Shown: positions 15,778-25,539 of the stretch, piece by piece
How the letters are laid out: the number at the start of each line of letters is the position of its first letter
How positions within the stretch are numbered: the stretch's first letter is position 1
Virus record (IMG/VR): IMGVR_UViG_3300015370_000020
Span: 1-50,082 of that record
Strand: one strand, 5' to 3'
DNA from: a virus
Taxonomy: Duplodnaviria; Caudoviricetes
Length of the DNA stretch: 50,082 nucleotides
Program-made: the position numbers and the translations under genes
Notes under the pieces: model-generated
The model's database searches: none
What the model was told of the DNA's origin: nothing
What the model saw: only the letters and a program-made list of their open reading frames with translations

Positions 15778-17129
15778 GCGAGATCATCGACCTGTTCATC
15801 GCTTGCGCCCGCGATGTCTCGATTGCAGAGGCGGCGCCGCGGCTGGGGCTGGCGCTCAAGGGCAGCGGAGCCGAGCAGGCGATGCCGTGCCCTCATTGCG
15901 GCGGCAAGGACCGGTTTGCGCTCAATACAGTCAAGAACAAGTGGAACTGCCGTGGCGGCTCGACCGGCGGCAATGACGCGATCGGCATGGCCGCGCACAT
16001 TCTCGGCCTCGATGTCGGCCGGCGTCCGGAGTTTCTTGAAGCCTGCGGCGCGGTGCTGGCCGAGGCGGTGCCGGATGCGGGTGAACAGGTGAGCGAGGAA
16101 CGGCGTGCGGAGATCCGGGCCGAGGCCGAGGCGCGGGCGGAGCAGGCTGTGCGGGATGCGGCGGCGCGCGAGAGCGAAGCCAATGACTTCCGCGATCGCG
16201 AGCTGGCCAGGTGCAGGGGCATTTACGATGCGGCCGACGGCGCGTCGGCGCTGCCTGCTGCCCGATATCTGAATGCCCGCTCTGGCCTGCCGGTCGAACT
16301 GTTCGCTCATTGTTGTCATGCTGTCCGGTTTGAGCCGAAACTTACCTACTGGCACGGCAAGGACGACCGCGGCTTTGGCCGCGATGTCTGGTGCGGCCCG
16401 GCGCTGGTACTGCCCTTCGTGGATGGCAAGGGCCAGCTGATCGGCATTCACCAGACATGGATAGATCTCGACAACACTCCGAAATTCCGTCCGGCGCTCT
16501 ATGGCTTGAGCAAGGTGGGAGCGGATGCCGGGCGCGAGGATCGGGCAGGGCCGCCGACCGCGCTCTGGCCGGCGCCTGCCGATCTCGACGCGGGGCTCTA
16601 TGAACCGCTCGCCACCAAGAAGATGCGCGGCTCGAAGAAGGGCGGGCTGTTGCCGCTGGCGGGCGCAATAAGCGCCACGCGCTGGGTGGTGGGCGAGGGG
16701 ATCGAGAATGTCTGCGCCTGGTTTGCCGCCGAACTGGCGGACGCCGAGGCCTTGGCGCTCTCCACCTTCTATGCTGCGGCCGGCGACATCGGGAATTTGG
16801 CGGGCCCCGCCGCGCGCACCGGCCGCTTCGCTCACCCGACAGAGACGAAGATCAACGCGAAAGGGGCTGCGAGGCCGGTGATGATGCCGAGCCCGGAGCC
16901 GGACCCGGAGCGGCCTGCCGAGGGCTTTCCGCTCGGGGCCCACGTGCGCGAGCTGCTGTTTCTCGGCGACGGCGATTCCGAACCGGTCTGGACAGCTTCT
17001 CACATGGCCCGCGCCGAGGCCCGCGCGCGGGCAATCGCACCCGGCATCGAGGTCATGACCGCCTGGCCCCCGCGGGGGCGCGACTGGGCCGAGGTAATTG
17101 CAATGGCTTTGAGCGGTGAGGCGGCATGA
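15774..17129 (+). CDS. Primase (P4 alpha-type zinc-binding plus Toprim)
   Basis: CPHCGGKDRF...WNCRG; VGEGIEN; LGDGD. Confidence 0.85.
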   Translation: MSEIIDLFIACARDVSIAEAAPRLGLALKGSGAEQAMPCPHCGGKDRFALNTVKNKWNCRGGSTGGNDAIGMAAHILGLDVGRRPEFLEACGAVLAEAVPDAGEQVSEERRAEIRAEAEARAEQAVRDAAARESEANDFRDRELARCRGIYDAADGASALPAARYLNARSGLPVELFAHCCHAVRFEPKLTYWHGKDDRGFGRDVWCGPALVLPFVDGKGQLIGIHQTWIDLDNTPKFRPALYGLSKVGADAGREDRAGPPTALWPAPADLDAGLYEPLATKKMRGSKKGGLLPLAGAISATRWVVGEGIENVCAWFAAELADAEALALSTFYAAAGDIGNLAGPAARTGRFAHPTETKINAKGAARPVMMPSPEPDPERPAEGFPLGAHVRELLFLGDGDSEPVWTASHMARAEARARAIAPGIEVMTAWPPRGRDWAEVIAMALSGEAA

Positions 17130-18946
17130 ACAAACACGTCAAGATCCCCGCCGCCGTGCAGGCCATGCTCGATGCCATGGGGCATGAGCCGCGGGCCGAA
17201 AACCCGAACCCTTCATCGAAGCTGGAGCCGGCAACCGCTGCCGGCACGCCCCATCTGCCCGAGCCGCATGCGCCGGAACTGACCGCCGAGGAAATGCTGG
17301 CCGAATGCGCCTGCGAGCCCGAAACCGACATCGGCAACGGGCGTCGGCTGCTGATCCGTTACGGCAGCCGCATCCTTCACGTTGCCCGCGTCGGCTGGCA
17401 CGGTTTTGACGGCAGGCACTGGAAAGAGGACGAGGACGGCTCGGTGGTGCGTCCCCTGGCGCAGAAAACGGCCGAGTTCATCGATGACGAGGCCATGGCC
17501 ATGTCGGCCACCGAGGAAGAGGCCATCCTCATCGAGGCCGGACAGACGGCGCGCAAGGAGCGGATAAAGATGGGTCGGCCCGCCAAGGACTGGCCTGCCG
17601 ACAAGTCGCAGCGCTGGCTCGAACTCGAGGAAACCGAGGAGGCGGGCGAGGCTGCGCTGAAAACCGTCAAGGGGCGGCGCTCGGCGCGTCACCGCTTCGC
17701 CAAGTCTTCCGCCGGCACTTCGAAGATCAACAACCTGCTGACCGAGGCCGCGCCCCATGTGGCCCGCATGGTCAACGACATGAACACCGATCTGTTTGCG
17801 TTCAACTGCGGCAACGGTACGTTGCGCTTCGTGCGCGTCGAGGATGAGGAAAGCGACCCCGACGACCCGCGCTGGCGCTGGGAGGCACGGCTCGATGCGC
17901 ACCGGGCGGGCGACTATATTTCCAAGCTCGGGCAGGTGGAGTATCGCCCCGGCGCGAAGGCGCCGGAGTTCCAGAAGTTCTTCCAGACCGTGCAGCCGGA
18001 TCCCGCGGTGCGTCTCTTCCTGCAGCGGTTCTTCGGCTACAGCCTGCTGGGGCTGACCAAGGAACAGTGCCTGCTGTTCTTCTATGGCGCGGGGCGCAAC
18101 GGCAAGTCGACCTTCATCGACCTGATGACCGAGATTCTTGGCAATTATGCCGTCACGCTGTCGGTCGACAGTTTCGCAGGCGAGGGCCGGCGCTCGGGCG
18201 CGGAGGCGACGCCCGACCTTGCCCGGCTGCCCGGTGCGCGGCTGGTGGCGGCAAGCGAGCCGGAAAGCGGCGTGCACCTCAAGGAATCGCTGATCAAGAC
18301 GCTGACCGGCGGCGAGCGCATTCCCGTGCGCCGCCTGCAGCAGGAATTCATCGAGGTGATCCCGCAGTTCAAGATTGTCATGGTTGGCAACCACAAGCCG
18401 GTAATCCGCGACACCTCCGACGGCATCTGGCGGCGCGTGCTGCTGGTGCCCTGGGAGATCCAGATCGCGTCCGACCAGGTCGACCGGCGCTTGCCGGAAA
18501 AGCTGCGCGCCGAGGCCGATGGCGTGTTCGCCTGGCTGGTGCGCGGCGCGCTCGACTATCTGACGCTCGGCCTTGGCGTGCCCGACAAGGTGACGGCCGC
18601 CACCAGCGAGTATCGCGAGGACAGCGACCCAATCGGGGCTTTCATCCGCGCGGGCTGCATCGTCACCGGCCAGGAGCATGACAGTTCGACGCCTGACGAT
18701 ATCTGTGTCGGCTACGCCAACTGGGCGGCGCGCGAAGGGCAGCCCGAATTCAGGAAGTCGACCCTGATGCGCCGTTTCCCGGACTATGCCCGCAAGCAAT
18801 GGGAGGGGTCGGACGGCATGATGCATGCCTTCCGAAAGCACAAATCCTCGACCACCCGCTATGTCGGCATCAAGGTGCGCGACGAATATCTGCGGGTGCG
18901 TGGCGAGGGCGGGCCGGATGGTGGCGGGGGCTATGGCGACCAGTGA
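17126..18946 (+). CDS. P4/D5-family SF3 helicase
   Basis: TDIGNGRRL (D5_N), Walker A GAGRNGKST, LARLPGARLV, TGGE, NHKP and GIWRR motifs. Confidence 0.93.
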   Translation: MNKHVKIPAAVQAMLDAMGHEPRAENPNPSSKLEPATAAGTPHLPEPHAPELTAEEMLAECACEPETDIGNGRRLLIRYGSRILHVARVGWHGFDGRHWKEDEDGSVVRPLAQKTAEFIDDEAMAMSATEEEAILIEAGQTARKERIKMGRPAKDWPADKSQRWLELEETEEAGEAALKTVKGRRSARHRFAKSSAGTSKINNLLTEAAPHVARMVNDMNTDLFAFNCGNGTLRFVRVEDEESDPDDPRWRWEARLDAHRAGDYISKLGQVEYRPGAKAPEFQKFFQTVQPDPAVRLFLQRFFGYSLLGLTKEQCLLFFYGAGRNGKSTFIDLMTEILGNYAVTLSVDSFAGEGRRSGAEATPDLARLPGARLVAASEPESGVHLKESLIKTLTGGERIPVRRLQQEFIEVIPQFKIVMVGNHKPVIRDTSDGIWRRVLLVPWEIQIASDQVDRRLPEKLRAEADGVFAWLVRGALDYLTLGLGVPDKVTAATSEYREDSDPIGAFIRAGCIVTGQEHDSSTPDDICVGYANWAAREGQPEFRKSTLMRRFPDYARKQWEGSDGMMHAFRKHKSSTTRYVGIKVRDEYLRVRGEGGPDGGGGYGDQ

Positions 18947-19029
18947 GACCGGATTACCCGCACCCTCCACGCGCGTGTGGGGCGTTCATCCCGCTCCAAT
19001 CCCCCGCCGCCCGGGACGATAGAGGGCAG

Positions 19030-19352
19030 CGAGGGAGGCTGGCGGAATATTTGGGCGCTTGCCTCCCGCGCAAAGGGTTAGGGAAATCAATGGCTTATGC
19101 GGCTAGGGAGGCTAGGGAGGATATCTGCGGCGCGCGCATGTGCGCACATTCTTTCAAAGGGTGTGGCCCATGAGAGAAAACACGGTGAAGCCTTGTATGC
19201 GTACGTCCTCTTTATCCTCCCTAGCCTCCCTTGCGTCCCTGCCTTCTTCTTCAATCTCAACAAAAACAACAGGATGGCCGAAGGCCAACAAAGGGGATCA
19301 GGGAGGCAAGCAGCCAAAAACGGGAGGCAAGGGACAAAAAATGGGAAGCAAG
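19030..19352. repeat. Putative replication origin: GGGAGGC iterons and a 19-bp inverted repeat
   Basis: AGGGAGGCTAGGGAGGATA (19105-19123) is the reverse complement of 19213-19231; more GGGAGGC-like units and A-tracts on both sides. Confidence 0.65.
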
Positions 19353-19375
19353 CACTCAAAACAGGAAATCAGGCC

Positions 19376-20170
19376 ATGAAACAGATCCCGATCGTTGAAC
19401 TCCTGGAATGGGCCTATCGGCACGAACTGCCCAAGGCCGAGCGCGCGGGCGGCGGCATGAGCGCCTCGGCGCCATCGTCCTGGGGCATGGTCTACAATCT
19501 GGGCATCCTTGGCACGGTGATCGACGCGCCGCTCAACGGCTACGGCGTCGTTGCCATCGGCATGGATGAAGGCGAGCCGCATCCAGACGCGATGAAGGTG
19601 GGCGCTGCCGTGGCCGGCCTCGCATCCGCGCGGGTTTCGGTTGGCGAGGACTGGTCGCCGTTCCCGGAGTGGGCCGATGCGGACGGGCTGGTGGCCGAAA
19701 CCGTGGCGCACATCCGCCCGCGGCTTGCCTCGATGCGTGGCGAGGAGATCCAGGCGATGCTCATCGCCCGCGCCGTGCTCGGTCGCAAGCCGGACTGGCG
19801 CGGTGACGAACCGGGCCGGGCGATGATCACCCGAAGCGGCAAGCCGGCATGGTTCATGAAAGAGGAGGGCCAGGACGCCTATGGGAACCCGGTGCAGCGT
19901 GAGGTGGATGGCTTCAACTATCGCAGCCAGCGCCCTCGCAAGGGCGCGTATCGCAAATACCGCCTGAGCGACGACGTGGCGGGCCTGGTGATCGACCGGT
20001 TTCGCCGCACCGTCTGGGCGTTGTCGGTGCGGCATGTGGCGCAAGAGGTTGCGGCGCGTCTTTCAAGCCATGAACTGACCGCCGAAGTGCCTACGCTCGC
20101 GCCCTGGGCGGCTGTCGCGGGTTTGGCGAGCCGTCCGGACCCCTCTCACGCTGTGTCGCTTTTTTCTTGA
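19376..20170 (+). CDS. Putative late transcription regulator
   Basis: MKQIPIVELLEWAYRHELPK...; last early gene before a promoter, a terminator and the late genes (Q-like position). Confidence 0.55.
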   Translation: MKQIPIVELLEWAYRHELPKAERAGGGMSASAPSSWGMVYNLGILGTVIDAPLNGYGVVAIGMDEGEPHPDAMKVGAAVAGLASARVSVGEDWSPFPEWADADGLVAETVAHIRPRLASMRGEEIQAMLIARAVLGRKPDWRGDEPGRAMITRSGKPAWFMKEEGQDAYGNPVQREVDGFNYRSQRPRKGAYRKYRLSDDVAGLVIDRFRRTVWALSVRHVAQEVAARLSSHELTAEVPTLAPWAAVAGLASRPDPSHAVSLFS

Positions 20171-20221
20171 CCTGCGGCACGAAGTTGACAATGGTCATCT
20201 CACCCTGAAAAGGACAACTCG

Positions 20222-20250
20222 AACCCGCTGGCAACCCCGGCGGGTTTTTT
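20222..20250 (+). terminator. Intrinsic terminator in the late leader
   Basis: AACCCGCTGG/CCGGCGGGTT stem followed by a T-tract; TTGACC and TTGACA hexamers at 20167 and 20185. Confidence 0.7.
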
Positions 20251-20266
20251 CGTGGGAGAATGGAAA

Positions 20267-20818
20267 GTGGCGGGCGCTGGACTGAATATCGATGCCAGCG
20301 ACTTCCGCGCGCTCGGTGCAGCGATGCACCGGCTGCCGGCTGACCTGAAGGTCAAGGCGTTTCGCTCGGCCGTGAACCATACCGGCAAGAAAGCCCGGAC
20401 CCAGATCGCTCGGCTTGCCGCAAAGTATTCGGGATTGCCCTATCGCTTCACGCGCGATGCAGCGCAGATGCGGCTGACCGGCGATGATGTCGAGATCAAG
20501 CTGCGGTCCAAGTGGATCTCGCTGGCGCAACTCGGACCGCGCCAGACCCGCAAGGGCGTGAGCGTTCGCGGACGCGGATCATATGCCAGCGCGTTCCTTG
20601 CCCATTCGAAGATTTCCGGTGGCAATGCCGTCCTGATCCGCAAGGGCAAGAGCCGGACGCCTGTCCGCGAACTCTACGCCGCCAACCCGGCCCATGCCAT
20701 GGGCGAAGACCGGCACGGCGAGTTCCAGCGGATGGCCGAAGAGATCATGGACCGCGATTTCGCCGCCCGGCTTCTCCACGAAGTCGACCGCCGCCTGTCA
20801 AGGCTGGCTTCCGGCTAA
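20267..20818 (+). CDS. Lambda gpZ-like minor tail/neck protein
   Basis: Basic protein, AFRSAVNHTGKKARTQIAR...F..RL.HEV.R; upstream of terminase. Confidence 0.55.
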   Translation: MAGAGLNIDASDFRALGAAMHRLPADLKVKAFRSAVNHTGKKARTQIARLAAKYSGLPYRFTRDAAQMRLTGDDVEIKLRSKWISLAQLGPRQTRKGVSVRGRGSYASAFLAHSKISGGNAVLIRKGKSRTPVRELYAANPAHAMGEDRHGEFQRMAEEIMDRDFAARLLHEVDRRLSRLASG

Positions 20819-20877
20819 TCCGCTCCGATGAGTGTGTGACACAAGGGAAAATCGCGGTCGGGCCTTCCCGAAAAAAA

Positions 20878-21001
20878 GGGACCGTATCCCTCCTCCAACC
20901 CAAGCGGGGCGGGACGACCCCGGAATCCTGCCAGTTTTGCAGAGGTTTTGGTTGGGTTGTCAGGTTGTCAGTGGCGTGAACTGGGCGTTGTCAGGTTGTC
21001 A
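20878..21001 (+). other. Candidate cos packaging region
   Basis: GGGACCG, then GGGCGGGACGACC (20907-20919), then GTTGTCAGGTTGTCA twice (20956-20970, 20987-21001), just upstream of the small terminase gene. Confidence 0.5.
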
Positions 21002-21021
21002 TAGAGGATTTTGAGGCAAGC

Positions 21022-21633
21022 ATGGTCGAGACAGTGATGATGACGCTGTCGGAGATCGCCGCCCGCGACGGGATTTCACGGCAGGCGATTTCGAAGACCG
21101 TGCGCGAGCTGGTCGAAAAGCACGACGATATCCCGGTCGAGCGGGACGGTCGGGGGCGCATCGCCAGGGTGTCGGTGGGTCATATCGATCATTACCGCGA
21201 CAAGTTCCAGAACCCGGCCAAGGTGCTGGCGTCGCGGCCGTCACCGTCGGCGGACAATCCGAAGCGCGATGGCGCGTCGCCGAGCGAGCAAGAGGGCGAT
21301 TCCTTCGAAGAAGCGCGCCGGCTCAATGAGTGGCTGCGCTATAGCCGTCTGAAGCTTCAGCACGACGAGGCCTGCGGACGGCTGATCAGCGCCGACACGG
21401 TGGCTGTGGCGCTCGACAGCCTAGGACGGGAAGCGCAGGCGATTATTGCCCGGCTGCCAAACCATGCCGACGACCTGTCAGGGCCCTTCGCCAAGGAAGG
21501 CGTGCACGGGTTGCGGACGGCATTGAGGGAGGTTGCTCACCAGATCAACCTTTCGATCGCCAAGAGGTTCGAAGAAATTGCGGCATCCGCACCGGAGCGG
21601 GATGTCATCGAGGATGAAGAGATCCGAGCGTGA
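21022..21633 (+). CDS. Terminase small subunit (Nu1-like)
   Basis: N-terminal HTH (LSEIAARDGISRQAISK), coiled coil with GRLI motif; precedes the large subunit. Confidence 0.8.
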   Translation: MVETVMMTLSEIAARDGISRQAISKTVRELVEKHDDIPVERDGRGRIARVSVGHIDHYRDKFQNPAKVLASRPSPSADNPKRDGASPSEQEGDSFEEARRLNEWLRYSRLKLQHDEACGRLISADTVAVALDSLGREAQAIIARLPNHADDLSGPFAKEGVHGLRTALREVAHQINLSIAKRFEEIAASAPERDVIEDEEIRA

Positions 21634-23645
21634 CCATTCACCCAGGCGCATTGCAGCTGGTGGCCTCACGGCTTGCCGAGGCGATCCGCCCGCATCCGCC
21701 AAAGCCGTTTGTGGATTGGCTGTCAGAGAACGTCGTTCTTGTCGACGGGCCGCGCAAGGGCGAGTTGTGGTCACCGCGTGACGCGCCTTATCTGGTCGAG
21801 ATCGCCGAGTGTCTCAGCCAGGATCACCCGGCCAACCTGGTGACGGTGCGCAAGGCGCAGCAGACCGGCGTGTCGATCCTGGCGCTGTCGTGGTGCCTCT
21901 ATATCGCGGAGGTCTGCCCGGACAACATCCTGTACGGGGTGCCCGGCATCGACGCGCTGCAGGACATCAACGGCCAGAAACTGCAGCCGCTGATCGACGC
22001 GTGGCAAGCGGAGACAGAAAAGAAGATCATCCTGCCGGTGACGAGCCGGTCAGGTCGCAACTCGACGACCTACGAAAAGCGGTTCCCGGGCGGCTACATA
22101 TCGCTCGCCAATGCGAACACCGTCATGGACCTGTCCATGAAAACATGCCGCTTCGGGGTCAAGGACGAGGTTTCGAAGTGGGGCGAACTGGCGAACGGCG
22201 CGGATCCAGAGACGCTGTTCTTCGGTCGCTTCACGGCGTTCCGCCGGCAGCGGAGCTACAAGATATTCGAGCTGTCGACGCCGGAACTCGATTCCGGCGA
22301 CGCGCTCGGCGACGATCCGGGACACTGCCGGATCGACCGGTCGTTCAAGCGGTCCGACCAGCGGTTCTGGAATGTCGAGTGCCAGGAGTGCCATGAGTGG
22401 TTTGTGATGAGCGACGACCTGCTGCAAGTGGATCGGGATCACCCGCACAAGAGCGTGCTTGTTTGTCCCAACCCCGAATGCGGGCACTGGATAGACGAGG
22501 CCGAGCGGGTGTCGATCGTTCGCGCAGGAGAATACCGGCCGACACAGAGCGGCCCGGACCGGCATCCTGGCTTTCATGTCGATGCCTTCATGAGCCTGCT
22601 TATGAGCCTGGGGGACATCGCCGAGGACAAGCTCAAGGCCGAGAAGCGCGGCGAGGCTGGCGCCAAGGACTATCACAACCTGGTGCTGGCGCTCCCCTAC
22701 CAGATGCGCGGCAACGCGCCGGACTGGCAGCGGCTGATGGAGCGCCGCGAGGACTATCCGGACGGCGTCGTCCCGCCCGACGGGCTGATTTTCGTCGCAG
22801 GCGTCGATGTGCAGCACAGCGGCCTCTATGTCGAGTTCGTCGCATTCGGCTCGGAGAGGCAGTCCTGGTCAGTTCACGCAGAGTTTCTCGAAGGAGAGAC
22901 GGACGACAAGAACTCCGGTGCATGGGTCAAGCTCGACAAGCTTTACCGGACCGAGTGGCCCGATTCCTATGGATCGGCGCGGCGGGCCGGGGCATTGGCA
23001 GTGGATGCCGGCGACGGAAACCGCACCACGCAGGTGCTGGAATGGTGCCGGGAACGGCCTGACACCTATGCGATCGCAGGCAAACATGGGCGCGGTGTCG
23101 GCGCGATCGGGCTTCCGAAGAAGACGTCAGTTCGCAAGGGTGGCAAGCGCAAGCGCATCGGTTCGACGATGCTGTGGCCGGTCGGTACCTGGTCGCTGAA
23201 GGGTGAGTTCTACGGAAACCTGCACCGGCTCGGGCTGCGTTCTGGCGAGGTGGTCGACCCGCCCGGGTATTGCCACTTCAACGATGCCCGGAACGAAGAG
23301 TTCTTTCGCCAGATCACGGCGGAGTATTTCGATCAGAAGATGGTGCGCGGCCGCTTGGTCGAAGAATGGAAGAAAATCCGGCGGGACAATCACTTTCTTG
23401 ATTGCCGAATTTACGCGATGGCGATGGCGGAGCATCTGGGTCTGTCACGGTTGACGCCCGCGGGGTGGGCATCCTTGCGGTCCCAGTTGACGCCGACGGC
23501 AGCCCAGACGCTGTTCTCGCCGGTGTCACAACAAATCGTTGCCCGTGGCGGGGCGGAAGAAACGCCCGACGCCTCCACTTCAGTGGCGGTTTCGAACAAG
23601 TCGCCGGCCGAGGACGTGCTGGCAAAATGGAAAAGGCGAAAGTGA
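21630..23645 (+). CDS. Terminase large subunit (lambda gpA family)
   Basis: KAQQTGVS, KDEV, STP, CQEC...CPNPEC, AGVDVQ and NHFLDCRIYA motifs. Confidence 0.95.
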   Translation: MTIHPGALQLVASRLAEAIRPHPPKPFVDWLSENVVLVDGPRKGELWSPRDAPYLVEIAECLSQDHPANLVTVRKAQQTGVSILALSWCLYIAEVCPDNILYGVPGIDALQDINGQKLQPLIDAWQAETEKKIILPVTSRSGRNSTTYEKRFPGGYISLANANTVMDLSMKTCRFGVKDEVSKWGELANGADPETLFFGRFTAFRRQRSYKIFELSTPELDSGDALGDDPGHCRIDRSFKRSDQRFWNVECQECHEWFVMSDDLLQVDRDHPHKSVLVCPNPECGHWIDEAERVSIVRAGEYRPTQSGPDRHPGFHVDAFMSLLMSLGDIAEDKLKAEKRGEAGAKDYHNLVLALPYQMRGNAPDWQRLMERREDYPDGVVPPDGLIFVAGVDVQHSGLYVEFVAFGSERQSWSVHAEFLEGETDDKNSGAWVKLDKLYRTEWPDSYGSARRAGALAVDAGDGNRTTQVLEWCRERPDTYAIAGKHGRGVGAIGLPKKTSVRKGGKRKRIGSTMLWPVGTWSLKGEFYGNLHRLGLRSGEVVDPPGYCHFNDARNEEFFRQITAEYFDQKMVRGRLVEEWKKIRRDNHFLDCRIYAMAMAEHLGLSRLTPAGWASLRSQLTPTAAQTLFSPVSQQIVARGGAEETPDASTSVAVSNKSPAEDVLAKWKRRK

Positions 23646-25255
23646 TGCGGGTACCGAGTGTTGCGCGAGACGGCTCTGTGAAGCCGCGCGGGGCCGCTGC
23701 CGCTGCCGCACCCGTGGCGCGGCCGGTCATGCGCATGCTGCGCGACAGCCCGTCCGGTGTTCTCGCAGCACGCCTGACCCCGGTCTCGGAAAGTCGGGAC
23801 GAGATCCGCCGATCGTGGCGGCGGGCGGCGGCGCTGGCGCTGGATTTCATCCACAACTCCGGCCGCCTGAAGGGAGCCGTCGACCAGGTCATCGCCGACA
23901 CAGTAGGGTCAGAGCTGATCCTCAAGCCTGCACCTGACTACGCAAAGCTCGGGTGGTCGCAGGAGCGATCGGTCGCATGGTCCAAGATGGTCAAGACGGA
24001 GTGGAAGAAGGATTCGTGGAACCCGCGCGAGTGCGATCATCGCGGAAAGTTCACGGTGCCGCAACTGGTCGCCATCTCGCTGCGCTGGCACATCGCCTTC
24101 GGCGAGACAACGGGGATACTGACGCATTTCGATGCCGGGCAGCGTGCCCGCTATGGGATCCGGACAGGGTCGAAGACCTTGCTGGTGCCGCCGCCGCGCC
24201 TGGTGCAGGACACCAATGAAACGCTGCGGCTGTTCCAGGGCGTCTATCACGACGAGAACGGCCGGGCCGAAGGGTATCTGTTCGAGGAGCGCCAGAACGG
24301 CTTTCCGAAGAAGGTGCGATACCCGGCCTATGACGCCAGTGGGCGGCCGGTGGTCATGCATATCTTTGATCCGCTCGATGCGGACGATGTGCGCGGCATT
24401 TCGCAACTGACGCCGATCCTCAAGCAGCACGCGCAGACCGAGGTGGCGCGCGAGGCGACGTTGCAGACCCTGATTGTGCAGACATTCTTTGCCGCTGTCC
24501 TGACTTCAAAGCTGCCGGCAGCCGAGGCGATCGAATCGCTGCAGGAACTAGCCAAGGATGGCAATACAGCCGGAAAGGCAATCTACGACAATGTCCTGGG
24601 CTATCTGGGCAGCACGCTCGATCGTGCGGCCGAGGGCGGTGTTAGTCTGACCGGCGGTTCCCGTATTCCCGTGCTGGGGCCCGACGAGGATCTGCAATTT
24701 CGCCAGGCGCAGGCGCCAGGCGACAATTACCTGCCACTGACCCAGTCGCTTGACCGCGACATGGCCCGTGCCATCGGTGTCACCTATGGCGCCTACACGA
24801 TGGATCATTCGGATGCGACCTATTCATCGGTGCGGATGGAAAACGCTTCGATCTGGCCTGTGGTGATGCGCAGGCGAGAGCATATCGCGGCGCCGATGTA
24901 TCAGAGCATTTTCGAGCAATGGCTCGACGAGAAGATCGAGACAGGCGCGATCCCGTTTCCGGGCGGGCTTGCAAACTACCGGGCCAACCGGGACGCCGCG
25001 AGCTGGGCCCAGTGGCAGGGTCCGGAGAAGCCGACGGCGGATGATCTGAAGTCGGAGAAGGCAGCCAGTGAGCGGATTGCCAACGGCACGTCGAGCATTC
25101 CGCGCGAGGCGGAGTTGAAGGGCGTCGACGCGGACGAACTGTTCGACGAGCGTAGCGCCGACCACAAGCGCTACGTCGATGCCGGCATGCGGTCTCCTTA
25201 CGACCGTGACGCGCCGGCCCCGGCACAGCCGGTCGAAGTCCAGAACACAAATTGA
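23645..25255 (+). CDS. Portal protein (lambda gpB family)
   Basis: GVYHDENGR, HIFDP..DDVRGIS and D.SDATYSSVRM motifs. Confidence 0.92.
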   Translation: MRVPSVARDGSVKPRGAAAAAAPVARPVMRMLRDSPSGVLAARLTPVSESRDEIRRSWRRAAALALDFIHNSGRLKGAVDQVIADTVGSELILKPAPDYAKLGWSQERSVAWSKMVKTEWKKDSWNPRECDHRGKFTVPQLVAISLRWHIAFGETTGILTHFDAGQRARYGIRTGSKTLLVPPPRLVQDTNETLRLFQGVYHDENGRAEGYLFEERQNGFPKKVRYPAYDASGRPVVMHIFDPLDADDVRGISQLTPILKQHAQTEVAREATLQTLIVQTFFAAVLTSKLPAAEAIESLQELAKDGNTAGKAIYDNVLGYLGSTLDRAAEGGVSLTGGSRIPVLGPDEDLQFRQAQAPGDNYLPLTQSLDRDMARAIGVTYGAYTMDHSDATYSSVRMENASIWPVVMRRREHIAAPMYQSIFEQWLDEKIETGAIPFPGGLANYRANRDAASWAQWQGPEKPTADDLKSEKAASERIANGTSSIPREAELKGVDADELFDERSADHKRYVDAGMRSPYDRDAPAPAQPVEVQNTN

Positions 25256-25265
25256 GGTCCGGCTG

Positions 25266-25529
25266 ATGGCGACTGTGAAGATCGATGGCGCAACCGTCGA
25301 CATGGACGATCCGTGCGCGCTCTACCAGGCGCTTTACGCGATCAAGCTCAAGCGCATTGCCGGCGAGAGCATCGAGGAAGGTGAAATTGCCTCCCCGGTT
25401 ACCAGGCGGCGGATGCGCTACGCGACGGTTTCGCTTTCGGATCTCGATGCCGAACTCAGCCGCCTTGCCAGCGCGTGCGACGCCAAGAGCGGCAAGCGCA
25501 GGCGCGGCGCGGCCAGTTTTCACTTTTGA
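25266..25529 (+). CDS. Head completion protein (gpW-like)
   Basis: Small protein ...IAGE....RRMRY....L..L..L...C...GKRRR after portal. Confidence 0.65.
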   Translation: MATVKIDGATVDMDDPCALYQALYAIKLKRIAGESIEEGEIASPVTRRRMRYATVSLSDLDAELSRLASACDAKSGKRRRGAASFHF

Positions 25530-25539
25530 GGATCATGAC

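Noticed and set aside
17213-18970. Long antisense ORFs (also 15522-17003, 29725-31137, 27453-28616, 46574-48211)
   Set aside because: Shadows of well-supported genes in high-GC DNA, with no motifs of their own
19030-19352. CRISPR array
   Set aside because: Repeats are short, irregularly spaced and in both orientations; no cas genes
19097-19375. N-terminal extension of the late regulator ORF
   Set aside because: It runs through the iteron region with low-complexity translation; ATG 19376 has an AGGA RBS
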